Assembly (NCBI GenBank): GCA_040954595.2
Contig: CM082582.2
Location: 10,469,483 to 10,533,482 of the forward strand
Reading direction: 5' to 3'
From: Balanoglossus misakiensis
Lineage: Eukaryota > Animalia > Hemichordata
Length of the DNA stretch: 64,000 bases
The notes under the pieces were generated by a model, which saw only the letters and a list, made by a program, of their open reading frames with translations, was not told where the DNA came from and searched no databases. The position numbers were made by a program, and so were the translations under genes. Of this stretch, positions 1 to 12,300 are shown piece after piece. Positions within the stretch are counted from its first letter, which is position 1. Every line of letters begins with the position of its first letter.

Positions 1-575
1 CCTCTTTCAACCTTTAACATTCAAATCCCAAGTGCAAATCAAGGAAGATTCCCTGGCGCCACATGGAACCTGTCTCCTTTTGATGTCTGTCTCCTTTGCC
101 AGAGAATATCACATTACACGCATTACATCATTTATCTCTCTGTTGCCAAGGAAACATATTATTTTCTCAGAATCATTAAAATATCGCTCTGAGGCAGTAG
201 GATTTTCCCAGGTCAATGTATTACTGCATACATGATTATGAGTGATATCATGAAACACAGTTACTGTGCAAAGAGCCAGGGTTTATTTTTTGTTTCCATA
301 CTGCAGCAGAGTGGGGTTAGTTTGCAAAGCTCCAGTTGTTCTGTGAGGGCGCTATTGAAAAATGTGATTGGCAAGTACAAGGTGAACAGTAACCATGGTA
401 ACCATTTCCATTGCTGGAAATGATTTTTGTTTAATTTCCATGCAAACTCAAATCCCTGAGAACTAAATGAATAAATAAATAAATCGATCGATCTATCAAT
501 TTGTAAATAGTACGGTACGTTCGAACAATCAATTTTCCCAATTGATTTATAGAGGAGAATGAAATCCGTGAGTAC

Positions 576-705
576 CTGGATTATCATCGGACAGGTGTTC
601 ATCCAGCAATCCTGGGTTTAGTATAAACTCATACCACACAACGGGGAGCGTGGTTGAAACATCGTTCCTGTTCGGTCTGGGGCTGGAGACTGCCGCTTCA
701 TTCAT
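576..705 (-). CDS. INTS8: Integrator complex subunit 8, first coding exon (rest of gene lies left of the window)
   Basis: ATG at 705, 130-nt phase-1 exon ending CCAG|gtactc. Translates MNEAAVSSPRPNRNDVSTTLPVVWYEFILNPGLLDEHLSDDNP, which aligns without gaps to the human INTS8 N-terminus as I recall it (...TCWFEFLLEESLLEKHLRKPCP). Identification rests on 43 aa only. Confidence 0.8.
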
Positions 706-1065
706 CTGTGGTGTCCTTTTTATAAGTACTTCACAGATCGGTCACAGCAATGCACTCTGAAAGTCTGTAACCGTCACGATCTGGTCCTAGATGTTGTTAT
801 TGGTACAATGTGTACGATGACGGACGGACATCAACAATCTACCGGCTTCCCCCGGGGTTAAAGGTCAGAGTAATTAACACCGTCTGCTCTGTAAGTGTAT
901 GCTTCCCTAGAGAGTCGTGGATCCGTTGCAAAAACCTAACAAATATGGAAACTCACTTTATTGACAGACGTGTATTTTATATCTCCAAAGAAACCGTGGG
1001 TCCCCAAGAATGTTAAAACGGAAGTAGTACTTATTTACCGAAGTGCATTATAGGTAATCAGAAAG
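706..1065. promoter_or_regulatory. Bidirectional promoter between INTS8 and CIAO2B
   Basis: Divergent ATGs 361 bp apart. Probable CIAO2B 5'UTR intron (donor gtaagt at 891, acceptor ttatag ending 1053). Confidence 0.6.
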
Positions 1066-2420
1066 ATGTCGGGGAAAGATAGGCTGGAAAACGTGAACCC
1101 CACGATACACCAGCGACTCGGAGATCGAGAGATTACTCCTGAAGAACTGGATGACGATGTTGTCGATGGAATAGACGCTAGAGAAGTATTTGATATCCTT
1201 TTACTCAGGTCGAGCGACAAGTTAGTACAGTTGAAGTTTACATAGATGTAGCCAGCTGAGTTAGCCTCTTTTTTCTTAACTATTCATACATCTGATTCGT
1301 AACATCAGTGATCCTGAACATCCACTGTCTTTAGAAGATCTCCATGTACTAGAACATTCACAAGTTGAGGTATGTCAAACTCTGGTATTTTCTTGTCATC
1401 TCAGCTCATTTTTGTGTTCTTGTGTGTGTGTGTGTGTGTGTGTGTGTGAGAGATATATATATATGACGCCCTCTATCAAATACACTTTCATTCTTTTGTT
1501 TATTGGAACAAAAAGTTGTAATGGTATGCTTTGTTGTGACAAGACAACATGGTTTATTTCTCCTGAAATAGCTGCAGAAATAAAATCCAATTTTTTTATC
1601 ACTGGATTATGTTTTAAGGTGGATGATGCAGACAGCCGGGTCAAAGTTCATTTTACTCCCACAATACCTCACTGTAGTATGGCAACCCTGATTGGTCTGT
1701 CAATACGCGTCAAGTTGCTGAGAGCTTTACCATCAAGATTCAAGGTGAGTCAAACCCCACCACTTTGTAATTTCAATCCGCCAAAATCCAGAGCAGGACC
1801 ATAAAGATCACACTTCACTACAGAAATAACAATCACGTCTCATAGTTTCAAAATTGAATGTGACATGTAGGTGTTTCATGTAATATACATGCATTCAGTA
1901 CTTTCACATTGCACTTGTAGAGTCTTTAATGTTGTTTGTACTTGATTCTTTTTGATTACCTGAATTCACAGATGATTTACCTCGCATCCATTTGTCACAA
2001 ACCCCATGATTATCTCGTGTTTGATTTCCAGGTTGACGTCATCATCACCCCAGGCACCCATGCCTCGGAACACGCAGGTACTATGTGATAATAACTTGCA
2101 TTATGAGTGGGTGTTCCACTTAAGTGACTGTTCTGGGCAGGGTGCCAATATTGGAAGATATTAAAACTTGAAGTGTGAAACAGAAACTTTTCCTTCTTAA
2201 TGTGTACTTTAGCAGAGGTTTGTTCCACCGTAAAAATTTTGTGCCTGACAGATTCATGATATAGGTTTCCATTTTAAGATCTCATGTTTGTCTTCTCTGA
2301 TTTGCTGCAGTGAACAAACAGCTTGCTGACAAAGAACGAGTTGCCGCTGCTCTGGAGAACAGTCACCTGTTGGAAGTTGTCAACCAGTGCCTCGCCAACC
2401 CATCAAACAAAGCAAGATAG
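1066..2420 (+). CDS. CIAO2B: Cytosolic iron-sulfur assembly component 2B (FAM96B/MIP18), 5 exons
   Basis: Exons 1066-1192, 1290-1369, 1619-1744, 2032-2077, 2311-2420 join in frame: [15 protein letters not shown]...[22 protein letters not shown]...[22 protein letters not shown]...[27 protein letters not shown]...NKAR*. These are diagnostic FAM96B motifs. Confidence 0.97.
1193..1289 (+). other. U12-type (minor spliceosome) AT-AC intron, CIAO2B intron 1
   Basis: 5' site ATATCCTTT, branch point TTCTTAAC at 1273-1280, 3' end CATAC at 1289. Removal restores VF-D-LIR. Confidence 0.95.
1421..1448 (+). repeat. (TG)14 microsatellite in CIAO2B intron 2
   Basis: Direct read. Confidence 0.95.
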
Positions 2421-3389
2421 GGGAAGCACTCAGAGAGGGGCTGGGAAGAGAAATAGACAGGGGGGGAGGGGGGAGACAGAGACAATTTTGTCATCGGATC
2501 AAAGCAAGGAATAAAGGGGAGGGACAAATAAAATATTGTGAAAATACTTTATTACGAAATAAAATTATTCTTTGTAAATACAGCTTTTTATAGTGAACAA
2601 TTTGAAATAAAAGTGGTTTTATTTCAGAAAGTTGCTTATGTCTGTGTATGTCTGTAAATCATGGTAACCAATTACATGTAGGAGGGTAAAAGACCATGAG
2701 AAAAGGCTACTACATACCCATTTCATTTCCTCAAAAGTCATGACCTCGTCCATAATGGAAGAAGAAATAAAATAAAATATAATGCTGTAAACATCATTGC
2801 AAATGACACCAATATCCAATCACTTGAACTCATCCCGAGAGAATTGTTAGCTGTTCCCAGTGGACCGGACCTCGTAATCTTGACGCAGTTCACACGCATA
2901 GAAACTGTCCCCATCCCTCTGCACAAAAAGTAAACAATCGGTACAGTACAGTGTAAACCTCATTTAAAGTTGTCTACACACAGTTCACATCCCCAGCTAT
3001 TGAATATGTGACGCGATTTTGCACAACGTCGTACAACTATCCAAGTAGTTCTTATTAGGATTAAAAGTGGGCGGAGCTTGTATATAGCGGTCTCATAAAA
3101 GCTATTTGTTTACCTGTCAATGGCGACGATTGTTTAATTTTGCATAATTGATTGGCCGCGTCCTGTTGCTAGGCTCGAGCTCGTAACTCTGAATCGGGGC
3201 AGTACGTCTATTGATTTCTTTTCAGCTGGCTTCCACTTAATTATTCATATAGGTGAGTTTTTAGTGATTATTTACTTTTGTGGAATATTGAATGGGATTT
3301 GCTAGGGAGACCAGAGGCTCGGAAAGTCTGGGAAGAACGCAGGCAACCCGCGTTCATCACGGGTCAACTGGCTGGCTAGAAACACAAAC

Positions 3390-6300
3390 ATGGCCATGTT
3401 TGGAAGTACGACGTAAGTTTATCAAGTCGTGTTCTCTCAGATTCCCTTGAGCCGATTCTTTTCGATGTTTGTCGAGGGTTTCTATGACATTTTAAATTAC
3501 AGTTTTCCAGGGAAGTTTAAGATTTAGTGCGTCGGTTGTATTTGTGTGCGGCGTTTGAAATGTGGTTGTCTGGCAGCAAAGTTTCAAAGATGGCGCGCGC
3601 TTAGTATTTATAGTGTCTGACACCTATGCTATCCTAGTTATGGACAAGTGAGTGGCCTTTTAGTGTGCATGTTCGAACTAATTTCCCTCAGTATATAAAA
3701 TAGCGAGGACCATATAACGGTATTTTTGTCTGAAGCAATTGACTTCTGTCAGTAAAACAAGGAGAGAGAGAGGGACATCTAGCAGGACGCCGACCGATCA
3801 GTGCGGCGCGGTGCGGCGCACTGATCAGAGAGCCGTGATCAGTGAACTTGTAGGTGTGACGTTGCGTTGCACAGCCAGCGCACCAACGGCAACCTACTTC
3901 CAAAGTCCACGGCTGCCCAAGGCCAACATCACTGCAAGCGTTTTCTTTCTTGCGTCATAAAATGATAGTCAGGTTTTTTTTTCTGACACTCATCATTTTT
4001 TATTTATCAATCTGCTGAATCTGCCCCCCCCCCCCCCTCCGGGTCCAGGCCAACACACCTGTCAAGGGAGTGGACGTGACGTTGCTTAGGATTAAAAAAT
4101 CGCGAATCTTTCCCCCGCCTGGTATATATTCGACTTCATGACTTACCTAAAGGAATTCGTCGCAAACATTCGAGGCTGGGGGACTGTTGTATTCCTACGT
4201 GTCTAGAGTCGATGAAATTCACTCCCTTGGACTGTATTTAGCAAATGTTTGGGATTTATCTTAAATTCAGATTAACAATTGATGATGACTTTAATATTGG
4301 TTAGAACGTTAATAAACTTAGCTGCCTCAGTTTTCTAGTATTGCAGGATTTTAAACAACCCAAGCTGACTGTGAATTCAATAAAAAGGCATCATTATGAT
4401 ACCTACGCAAGCGTTGCACATTTCATATTTCACACTCACACTTTTGATAATGTCCATTTCTTCAAACCTGTGTTTACAGTATCTACTGTTTAATTACTTA
4501 ATTACTGATCACCACAGCTAAAATGTGTCCAATCAGCATTTTGTTAATGTGGGACATTGAAGGTTCAGACTTGACCTCATCTGTCAACAATTACGTTTGT
4601 CGACACATATATTAATGGTCCACATTGACATGCAGAATAATAAACATTTTTAAGATTCCCTTACGAAAATATCCTATAGGATAGTCTTATAACCTTTAAG
4701 AATTCCTGAAGGATTCCTATAGGAGTCCTAAAGGAATCCCTTAGAGGTTCCTGAAGGGTTCCTGTAGGAACCCTAAAAGAATCCTTAAAGGATTCTATTG
4801 CACTTTCGCACTTGGAAAGTAACTAAGTGCAATCAGTAGAATGGTCATCTTTATAGCAGCTGAATAATTGTTGTGGTTCGACTTTCAGGGGAGTTGGGAC
4901 TTCCACTGGAAGGACCTGGGCCAGTGCTGAACAGGAAAAAGACGAGTACGCCAAGGAAAAAGCCATCATGAATGAGTTGGACGAAAAAGGCTGGAGTCAC
5001 ATCCATCATGCCGCATCCAGGGGTTACAATAAATCCATCACCAGGTTCGTCAGCGCCAGCGAAGATCAGCTGGAGTTTCCGACCGCCGACGACCGGCACA
5101 TGACACCGCTGCTGCTGGCTGTGGAGAGCGGGATCCTTGACACGGTGCAGTGCCTCGTGGATCTCGGGTCCGACCTGCGGTACGTGAACCACTACAACCA
5201 GGGCGTGATCGAGATCTGCTGCGCCCACCAGTACGAAAAGATAGTTCGCTATTTCATAGACCTCGATCACAAGGATCTCCCGACGTGGAAACTGCTGCTG
5301 AAAATCGCGTCGTCCGACACGGACGAGGAAGCGGAGGGAGGGGCGAAGATGCTGTCCAAGCTGACAGCGAGGGCAGAAGACAAGATATGCCCGTACTGGG
5401 AGACATTTATGAATAACAGCGGGGTGCCGACAGTGGTGAAAATTATCAAAAGTGCGGCGTCGGACGCGACGAAGATTCACGCCTTTGAAGTGTTGCTCAA
5501 CATTATTGACCCAAAGGTCATCAAGGAGCAGGCTGTGAAGGCAGGTATTATTCCAGCGGTACTGAAGCTGTTCAAGTCGAACGATAAAGAACTGTTGCTG
5601 AATGCGGTGAAACTGCTGTGTCACATTGCCAGGGTGAGCGATTACGTCGACCTGATGGTGAACAATTCAGCGATTCCGGCGCTCGTCAAGATATGTCAGA
5701 CTGTGAGCGAGCCCGAAATACTGGTGCAGGCCGTCACGACCTTGGGGCTGATCGCCGAAGGCAACCCGGCCCACAAACCCACCATCGGAAACACCCACGG
5801 CTGTTTCAGCGTGCTGGTGGGGTTGTACGAGGACTGCACTTCAAAACCGCTGCTGCTAGCCCTGACGCACGCAGTCGCGCAGATCGTGAAAAACGAGCAG
5901 CAGAACCAGACTGCCTTCATCGACGAGGGAGGTGCCTCGCCCATGATTATGTTGGCCAGCGTCAAGAACCGAGAGCTGCAGATCTGTGCCATAGAGGCCA
6001 TACACATGTTGGCGCAGGACAATCCACACTCCCAGAAGGCAATCCTGGAAGAAGGGGGCGTAATGCCGCTGATGCAGCTCCTGAAACGTAGCCGAGCGCC
6101 CAAGGTCCAAGTGAGCACCGCATGCGCCCTCTGGGCGTTAGCGGGCGAGGATTTGGAAGAACGCAGGACCATGGCGGGGATGATAGGAATAAGCCTTCTC
6201 ATTGAATTTCTCAGTGAACCAGAACATGACGTCCTGCACTACATCGGCGCCGAAGGATTAGGCGTTCTTGCTCAAGGTCCTCTGAACAAGCAAGACCAGA

Positions 6301-9300
6301 TTTCTCAGTCGAACGGCGTGCAGCCGCTTGTGCGACTCTTACGCTCGCCCAAAGAACACATCGTGCTCAGTGCCATCCGAGCTCTCAGGTATCTCTGTGT
6401 AGGGGTGGGATACGTTCCTCACGAGACGAACCAGAACACGCTGGCAAACTCCCGAGGCATCCGGTACTTAGTTCCGTTGATGATCTATTCCAAGAATGAA
6501 CTCATACAGGTGGAGGCAGCCCTAACACTGGGTTCTTCTGCATTAGGTGAGTGCAGTACTGAATCTCAGGTCATCATCGGTGAAATTCAAATGGTGCTGC
6601 AGAATTTTTATTTCTGCCATGAAATGAATCTGATCCTTTGGATGCAGAGAAAGGAAAGATTCAGGAAGATTATAGGCTGAGGAGTAGGTCCCAGAAAGTT
6701 TGGTCTTCACCACTCTTTATTTTCTCTTCGCTGAAGTATGGAAGTAAACATAGCCTGTGGTTCAATATTTGGCATGGGATTAATCCAGCATGCACAGAGT
6801 GAGAGAGATGCCTAGTCTGTGCTGGCATGTCTGGCCGCAACAAAGAAACCACAGAACAACGTTAAATCCACACACAGGTTAATCCCTGGCTAACTGATGA
6901 AGACTGAATAAGATTTCACTGTATTTCAATTGGTTTTAAAAACTTGCTCAGTCGTAGCCATCCGTTGAAAATAATCGGTCTTAATTGCAACCTGAACCAA
7001 TTTACAATTGGAAGCACTCAGTCTCCACACTTAATATAGAAAAGAGTTTGAATTGCAGCCTATTAGGCAGACTGCAAGCTGGAAATAATTCTATTATGTT
7101 GTATCTGCCGTTTCCTTGCCAACTGGCTAAACATTTCCCTTTCACTGCGTTCATTCAATCAAGCAGGCATGTCAAAATAAATTCTATATGAATTTCTAAG
7201 CAAGATCCTCCCAATTATGACATGAAATTGAATCATTTAGTGTAGTCCCCTTTAGAAAATAGATAATTTTCAACCATGCTATTGCTATGGAGATAGGCAT
7301 CAAAACTTTCACTCTCCCCTAAGAAAGTACTTATAGATTATTTTAGGTTCTAAGTTGTTTCAGAGGCCTTCCCTGCAGTAGGCCTTGCAGCGTGATCATA
7401 ATTTTCCTGTTACTGGGCTGTTAGCATAATATTTCTTCCCTATTGGGTATTAACTCGATACCGGCAATAAAAACCCCATTGATTTTTTGAGCGTTTTATC
7501 AGAGCCGTACAGAAAGACAAGCTGGCAGTGAATGCAAAGCGGTGTTGGCCAAGCCAGTGTCAATAAAACTAAGAGCCCCCGTTGAATGTGCGTTGTTGCC
7601 AACACAAAAAGCTGTAAATCTCAGGCAGTTTACTGTTACGGGGAACTCGTCTTTGAGATCGTATTCACAGCATGTTATGCCAAGCACAATGGTTAATCAT
7701 GCATACAGTTGCAGAAATATATCACATTATCGGAGCAGTTGATATATTGCGGTCCCATTGTGAGTGACCGAGCTTGTGTTTGTAAACAAAACAGCATTTT
7801 CTTAATTGCGTTTTTTATAACCAGAGCACAGCAGTCACAGTCGAGCTGCACAGTTAAATGGACCTGCTCCGAAACTTAGAAAAAATATCTCCAAATAAAG
7901 GCCATTCCTATGCCGGGTTACCTTTCAGGCAGACTTGCGGTCTTTGGAAACTGTAGGACTTGTTAGAGTAGCTTTTGTTCGAATCATGTGCCAGGGATAC
8001 GCGTATGGACTGTTAAATGGTTGGCTGAAATGAAATCTGAACACACGGTATTGTGCTTGGCGCAAACAGCAATGTGTCCCATTCGGAATTTTAATTGGGA
8101 AGAGGTTTACCGTAAAGGCTCACTTTCGTATTTTCGTAATACGGTATAAGGTGCCACAAAAAGTGTTGTTTGGGCACTGGAGATGAGAACAATTGTCCTT
8201 TATGTCTTTTTATAACGCTATATTTTCACTGTTCATTCTCTGGCGCACATCTTTTCTGTTCATATGTTCCATCCCACCATTCTGCTTGGTGTTTTATTCT
8301 TCTGTACCTTAGAGCTGTAAATTGCAATGGCTGTGGAAGTTTGTGTAAGAACCAGCTGTAAAGAGCATTCTAGAACCGTCTTACAACGTTTTCGCCTGTT
8401 CATGATAGAAGATAAAGCTTTAGGTTGGGGCAGTACCACGGCCGCAAATCTTAAGCTCTCATAGTGAACTGTACAGACGTGATATTTTTAATACCAGTCT
8501 CTGACCTAGAACATTTCTTAATCGGCTGTGTCTGAACAACACCATGATAGAGATTGATGGATAGCAATATAATTTAATTATTTCTCGTGTTTATTATAAA
8601 GAGTCAAATTTGATCAAGATTAAAACCAGTCATGTCAGAGTTTCTTCCAGCAGTCATTGCATATTCCCTGAGCTAAATTACCATGAATGTGGGAACAATA
8701 AATCATTCTTGTCAATAATTGAGTGTTGTGCATGGTTGCACACTGCAGTCTTAATGTGCCCTGTTTGCTGTTGCCATGGAAATTATCAAGGTGTCCACTC
8801 AGTAGTTTCTGTAATAGGTTCGATGAACTGATTGTGAAATTAATATTGGTTGTATCAACATTTAATGTGTATCCAGAAAGCCAGTGTCAGCACAAGCAGT
8901 GGTTGTTGAAGTGATAAAACACAAATGGCTGTTTTTGTTACTTCACGATTATTGATTTCTTGAGCAAACCCGCACATCAGACAGGGACTGTGCATACATG
9001 TACATTGAATCTTTTGACAAGATTCAGGCCACGATATAATAAAACAGAATTTTCACTCCCTTCTATTAAAGTATCCAAAAACTGGTTGAATATTCATAGA
9101 ATTTTTACCAGCAGTACAGAATTTCAGGCAGATTACACACTTTAGCACAGTTCTGTCGATTGACGTATTTCATTTACAAATTATAACCTGCTAGTAAATA
9201 GGATGAAGAACCTAGTAATGATGCAATATGCTTTCATTTTGTTTCAGGCAACCATGACGTCGTGTCTCAGATCATGGACAATGTGGATTTCAATTATGTA

Positions 9301-12300
9301 CATATTCTTCGCCTCCTCTACTCCAAAGATGATCTTGTCCGACTCCTAGCAGGCTCGGCACTGGCCGTGTTTGCTTACAATAATTTGCAGCAACAGAAGA
9401 ACATTGCTGAGTCGGGTGGCGTCCGTTATCACTGTTTCGTGCCTTTCCTGGAATCAGAAGACGAGTTTTACCGCTGCAATGCAGCCTTTCAGGTTGGTCC
9501 CATTGTAATCACATATCCTGAACCCAAAAATCTATGCCGAAACTCATGAAAATGTGCCGACAAAGACAATCTCCATAAAAAATGTATGGACCACTGGTAT
9601 ATTTGTTAAACTGATTTTTAGGGATGCTAAAAACTTTGGGGGAAAAATGGTCAATTTGCAAGAATGGCGGAAAAGAATACCTATAGTCACTGCAGATTGT
9701 CATAATAATCATGAAATGTTACAATATCAAACTTTGCACCACAGGTGGTTACATTGGCTCGTATAATCCCGGATGAAGACCAGGCATCATCTTCAGCCAT
9801 CGGCATCAAACTCTTGGTCGATCTGCTGGAAGACTCAACTAATGAAGAAATCCAGGCATTGGCATCAGATTGCATTGCTCGACTGGCGCACACTAGAGCA
9901 GGTAATGAATGGAGGAGATATACAGATGTGAAGGATATGGAATTTACCTTGCAGTGTGCTGGTAGTCCTCAGAGCCAGTATCAATTCTAACCCGGTGGTC
10001 CTGTATGTAACCTGTCTGGTGGTCCTGCCTTCACTACTTGTCAAATCGTTGCACTTGTACATGTATTTGCTGCTCCACCAGGCTGTTAGGATCTATAGCT
10101 AACTGATTCACTGAAAAGATAATGTCGGTGGTTCTGATTGGATTTGCTCATCCCTGCCTTTAAGACAGATTCTTGGGGAATTATGAAAAAGCTTCGGGGC
10201 CAGTGGTGTGTATTAAATTATCTTTCAAAACAGTGATTTACAAGATATGGGAGGTTGATTGTCTGATATAGATTTTACTGTAGATGAGTGTTGCACATTC
10301 TCATTATGATAATCATCATGAATTTTCAGGACGTATTTCTTTCACTTGACCACCCTAGGTGTGCCGGCGGCTGTAGTTTCCATCAACGCCATCAATCTAC
10401 TCTGCAATCTCATGCTGAAAGAGTCAGAGCAGGTGCGCGGGTCGGCGGCCATCGCCCTCGGTTACCTGAGCTTCAACCACAAAGCAGAGAGGCTACTGTT
10501 AAACGAGTAGGTATATCCAAGAGTTTGGGAATTGTTGCATTGATGACTCTGCAGTTCAGTGATAGCTTTTTTATTTCAGTAGATTTTGTCCAGTTTCAGT
10601 GTCAAAAAAACCCACATAAATAATGGTCAAACTGTATTTATATAAAATACCATTCTTTTTTCTAACTTCTGCATCATTATCTGTGGTTGATGGTATAAAG
10701 TTGTTCATGTGTCTTTCAACAGATGCAGGAAAGATCCGTATTTGATGAAAGTGTTGAGGTACCACACCAAGAAAAGTAAAATCTCACCACAGTTTACAGA
10801 AGACTGGAGACACTACAGACGAATCGGTTTGCCGCCCATTGAGTGAGTATGTTTACTTTCACTACGAAGACCAAAAGTCAGAATGACCTTCAAAACTCAC
10901 TGGATTTAATGTTGAAATGTATTTGGATTGCGTGTGTCAATTTGCTTGTTGCTGTCAGTGCGTTATCGATGGAGAATTGAAAACTGATTTGGATGCAAAT
11001 TAGAAACTTTTTTGTGGGATTGAGGAAGCATGTAAAAACGTTCAGGAAATTGGATGCTCATTGTCCTGTTGAGCTGAGAAGAAAAGGGATGGGCATTAAC
11101 GAGATGGCAACAGTCATGTGATGACGCAGAGGAAATCTGAATCAAACCTTTGCGTATAGATGATGTAATATATCCACTCTGTGAGAAGGTGACTTCAGAT
11201 TGGCATTAATTTTGAATAATTGATGCGGAAGGCTGGTCAGGTGTAATAGCTGTCGGGCGGCATTCATCCAAGTTACTTACAGTCAGGAAATAGAACGCAT
11301 AAATATTTCAGGGGTCAAAAAGGTCGGATCACATTCTGCCGATGTGATGTGGAACTCGGTTGAATGTTCCAAACAAAATGACGTTTCAAATAGATGTATG
11401 TTTACTCCTCGTCGGAATATCTTTCCTGTTAAGCTGTATCTGCGCCTATTTCCATCAGCTCAGAATTTTGTGTCATTCTGTCAACACCACATTGCAAAAT
11501 AATAAAGTAACAGAGTTCTGGTGTTTGTTGATTTCTGTGTTGCCGAGGCTGCCGTTGGTGGTTGAAACAAAACAAATCAGTTTGTGATGATGTATTACCG
11601 ATCTGTGTAAGGTGGTCATTGTGATGCTGTTTCTAAATGCCAAGTAATTTCCGTTGCCGTGTTATTGTGACTGACGGTTCCCGTGTTAATTTTAATTAAA
11701 CTAAATCTGGTGTGACTAGGCTGGTGATATACTTCAACTTACTAAATTTAGCCACAGGTAAATGTCATCCCATTGTGGGTCGGACAAGTTCGTAGTTGTG
11801 TAAACAAAGTACTTTGTACTTTATCTCAGTTATTTCAGCATCAGAAGTACAGTACATGTACATTGATTCATGCATATTGTATCGTATTTTTCAGTGACAG
11901 ACCAAGTTTGGTCGGCAAGAAGGCTGACTACTGGACACAAGTCAAACATCCAAACGGTAAGATTCAGTTCAAGTGGTGTTTGTTTATGGGCACATTTTTT
12001 TCCAGTACACAAGTGCAGATTTCTCTCTGGGTGTGCGTGCAAAGTTCTAATTGCCCTGTGCTTTTCCCACCCCCACTGTTCTTTCACGAGTGTCATTTTA
12101 AGGGGGGGGGAGGGGGCATATTGCTACCTCGCCTTGCAGAAGACCCTGCATGCATTTTACCCTCACCAAATTTTTTTTTCTGCCCCTTATTTGTTGTCTT
12201 GCTTTGCTGGAAAGCCCTGCATATATTTTTTAAAAGACATAAAATGTATTTTTTTTCCTTCCTCGCATCGATCTTTTTCGCATGGTCCATTCCAGCCGAT

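Noticed and set aside
4851-6202. Long antisense and alternate-frame ORFs over the ANKAR-like exon (similarly 22849-23501, 34934-35651, 41379-41855)
   Set aside because: Shadow ORFs of GC-rich coding exons.
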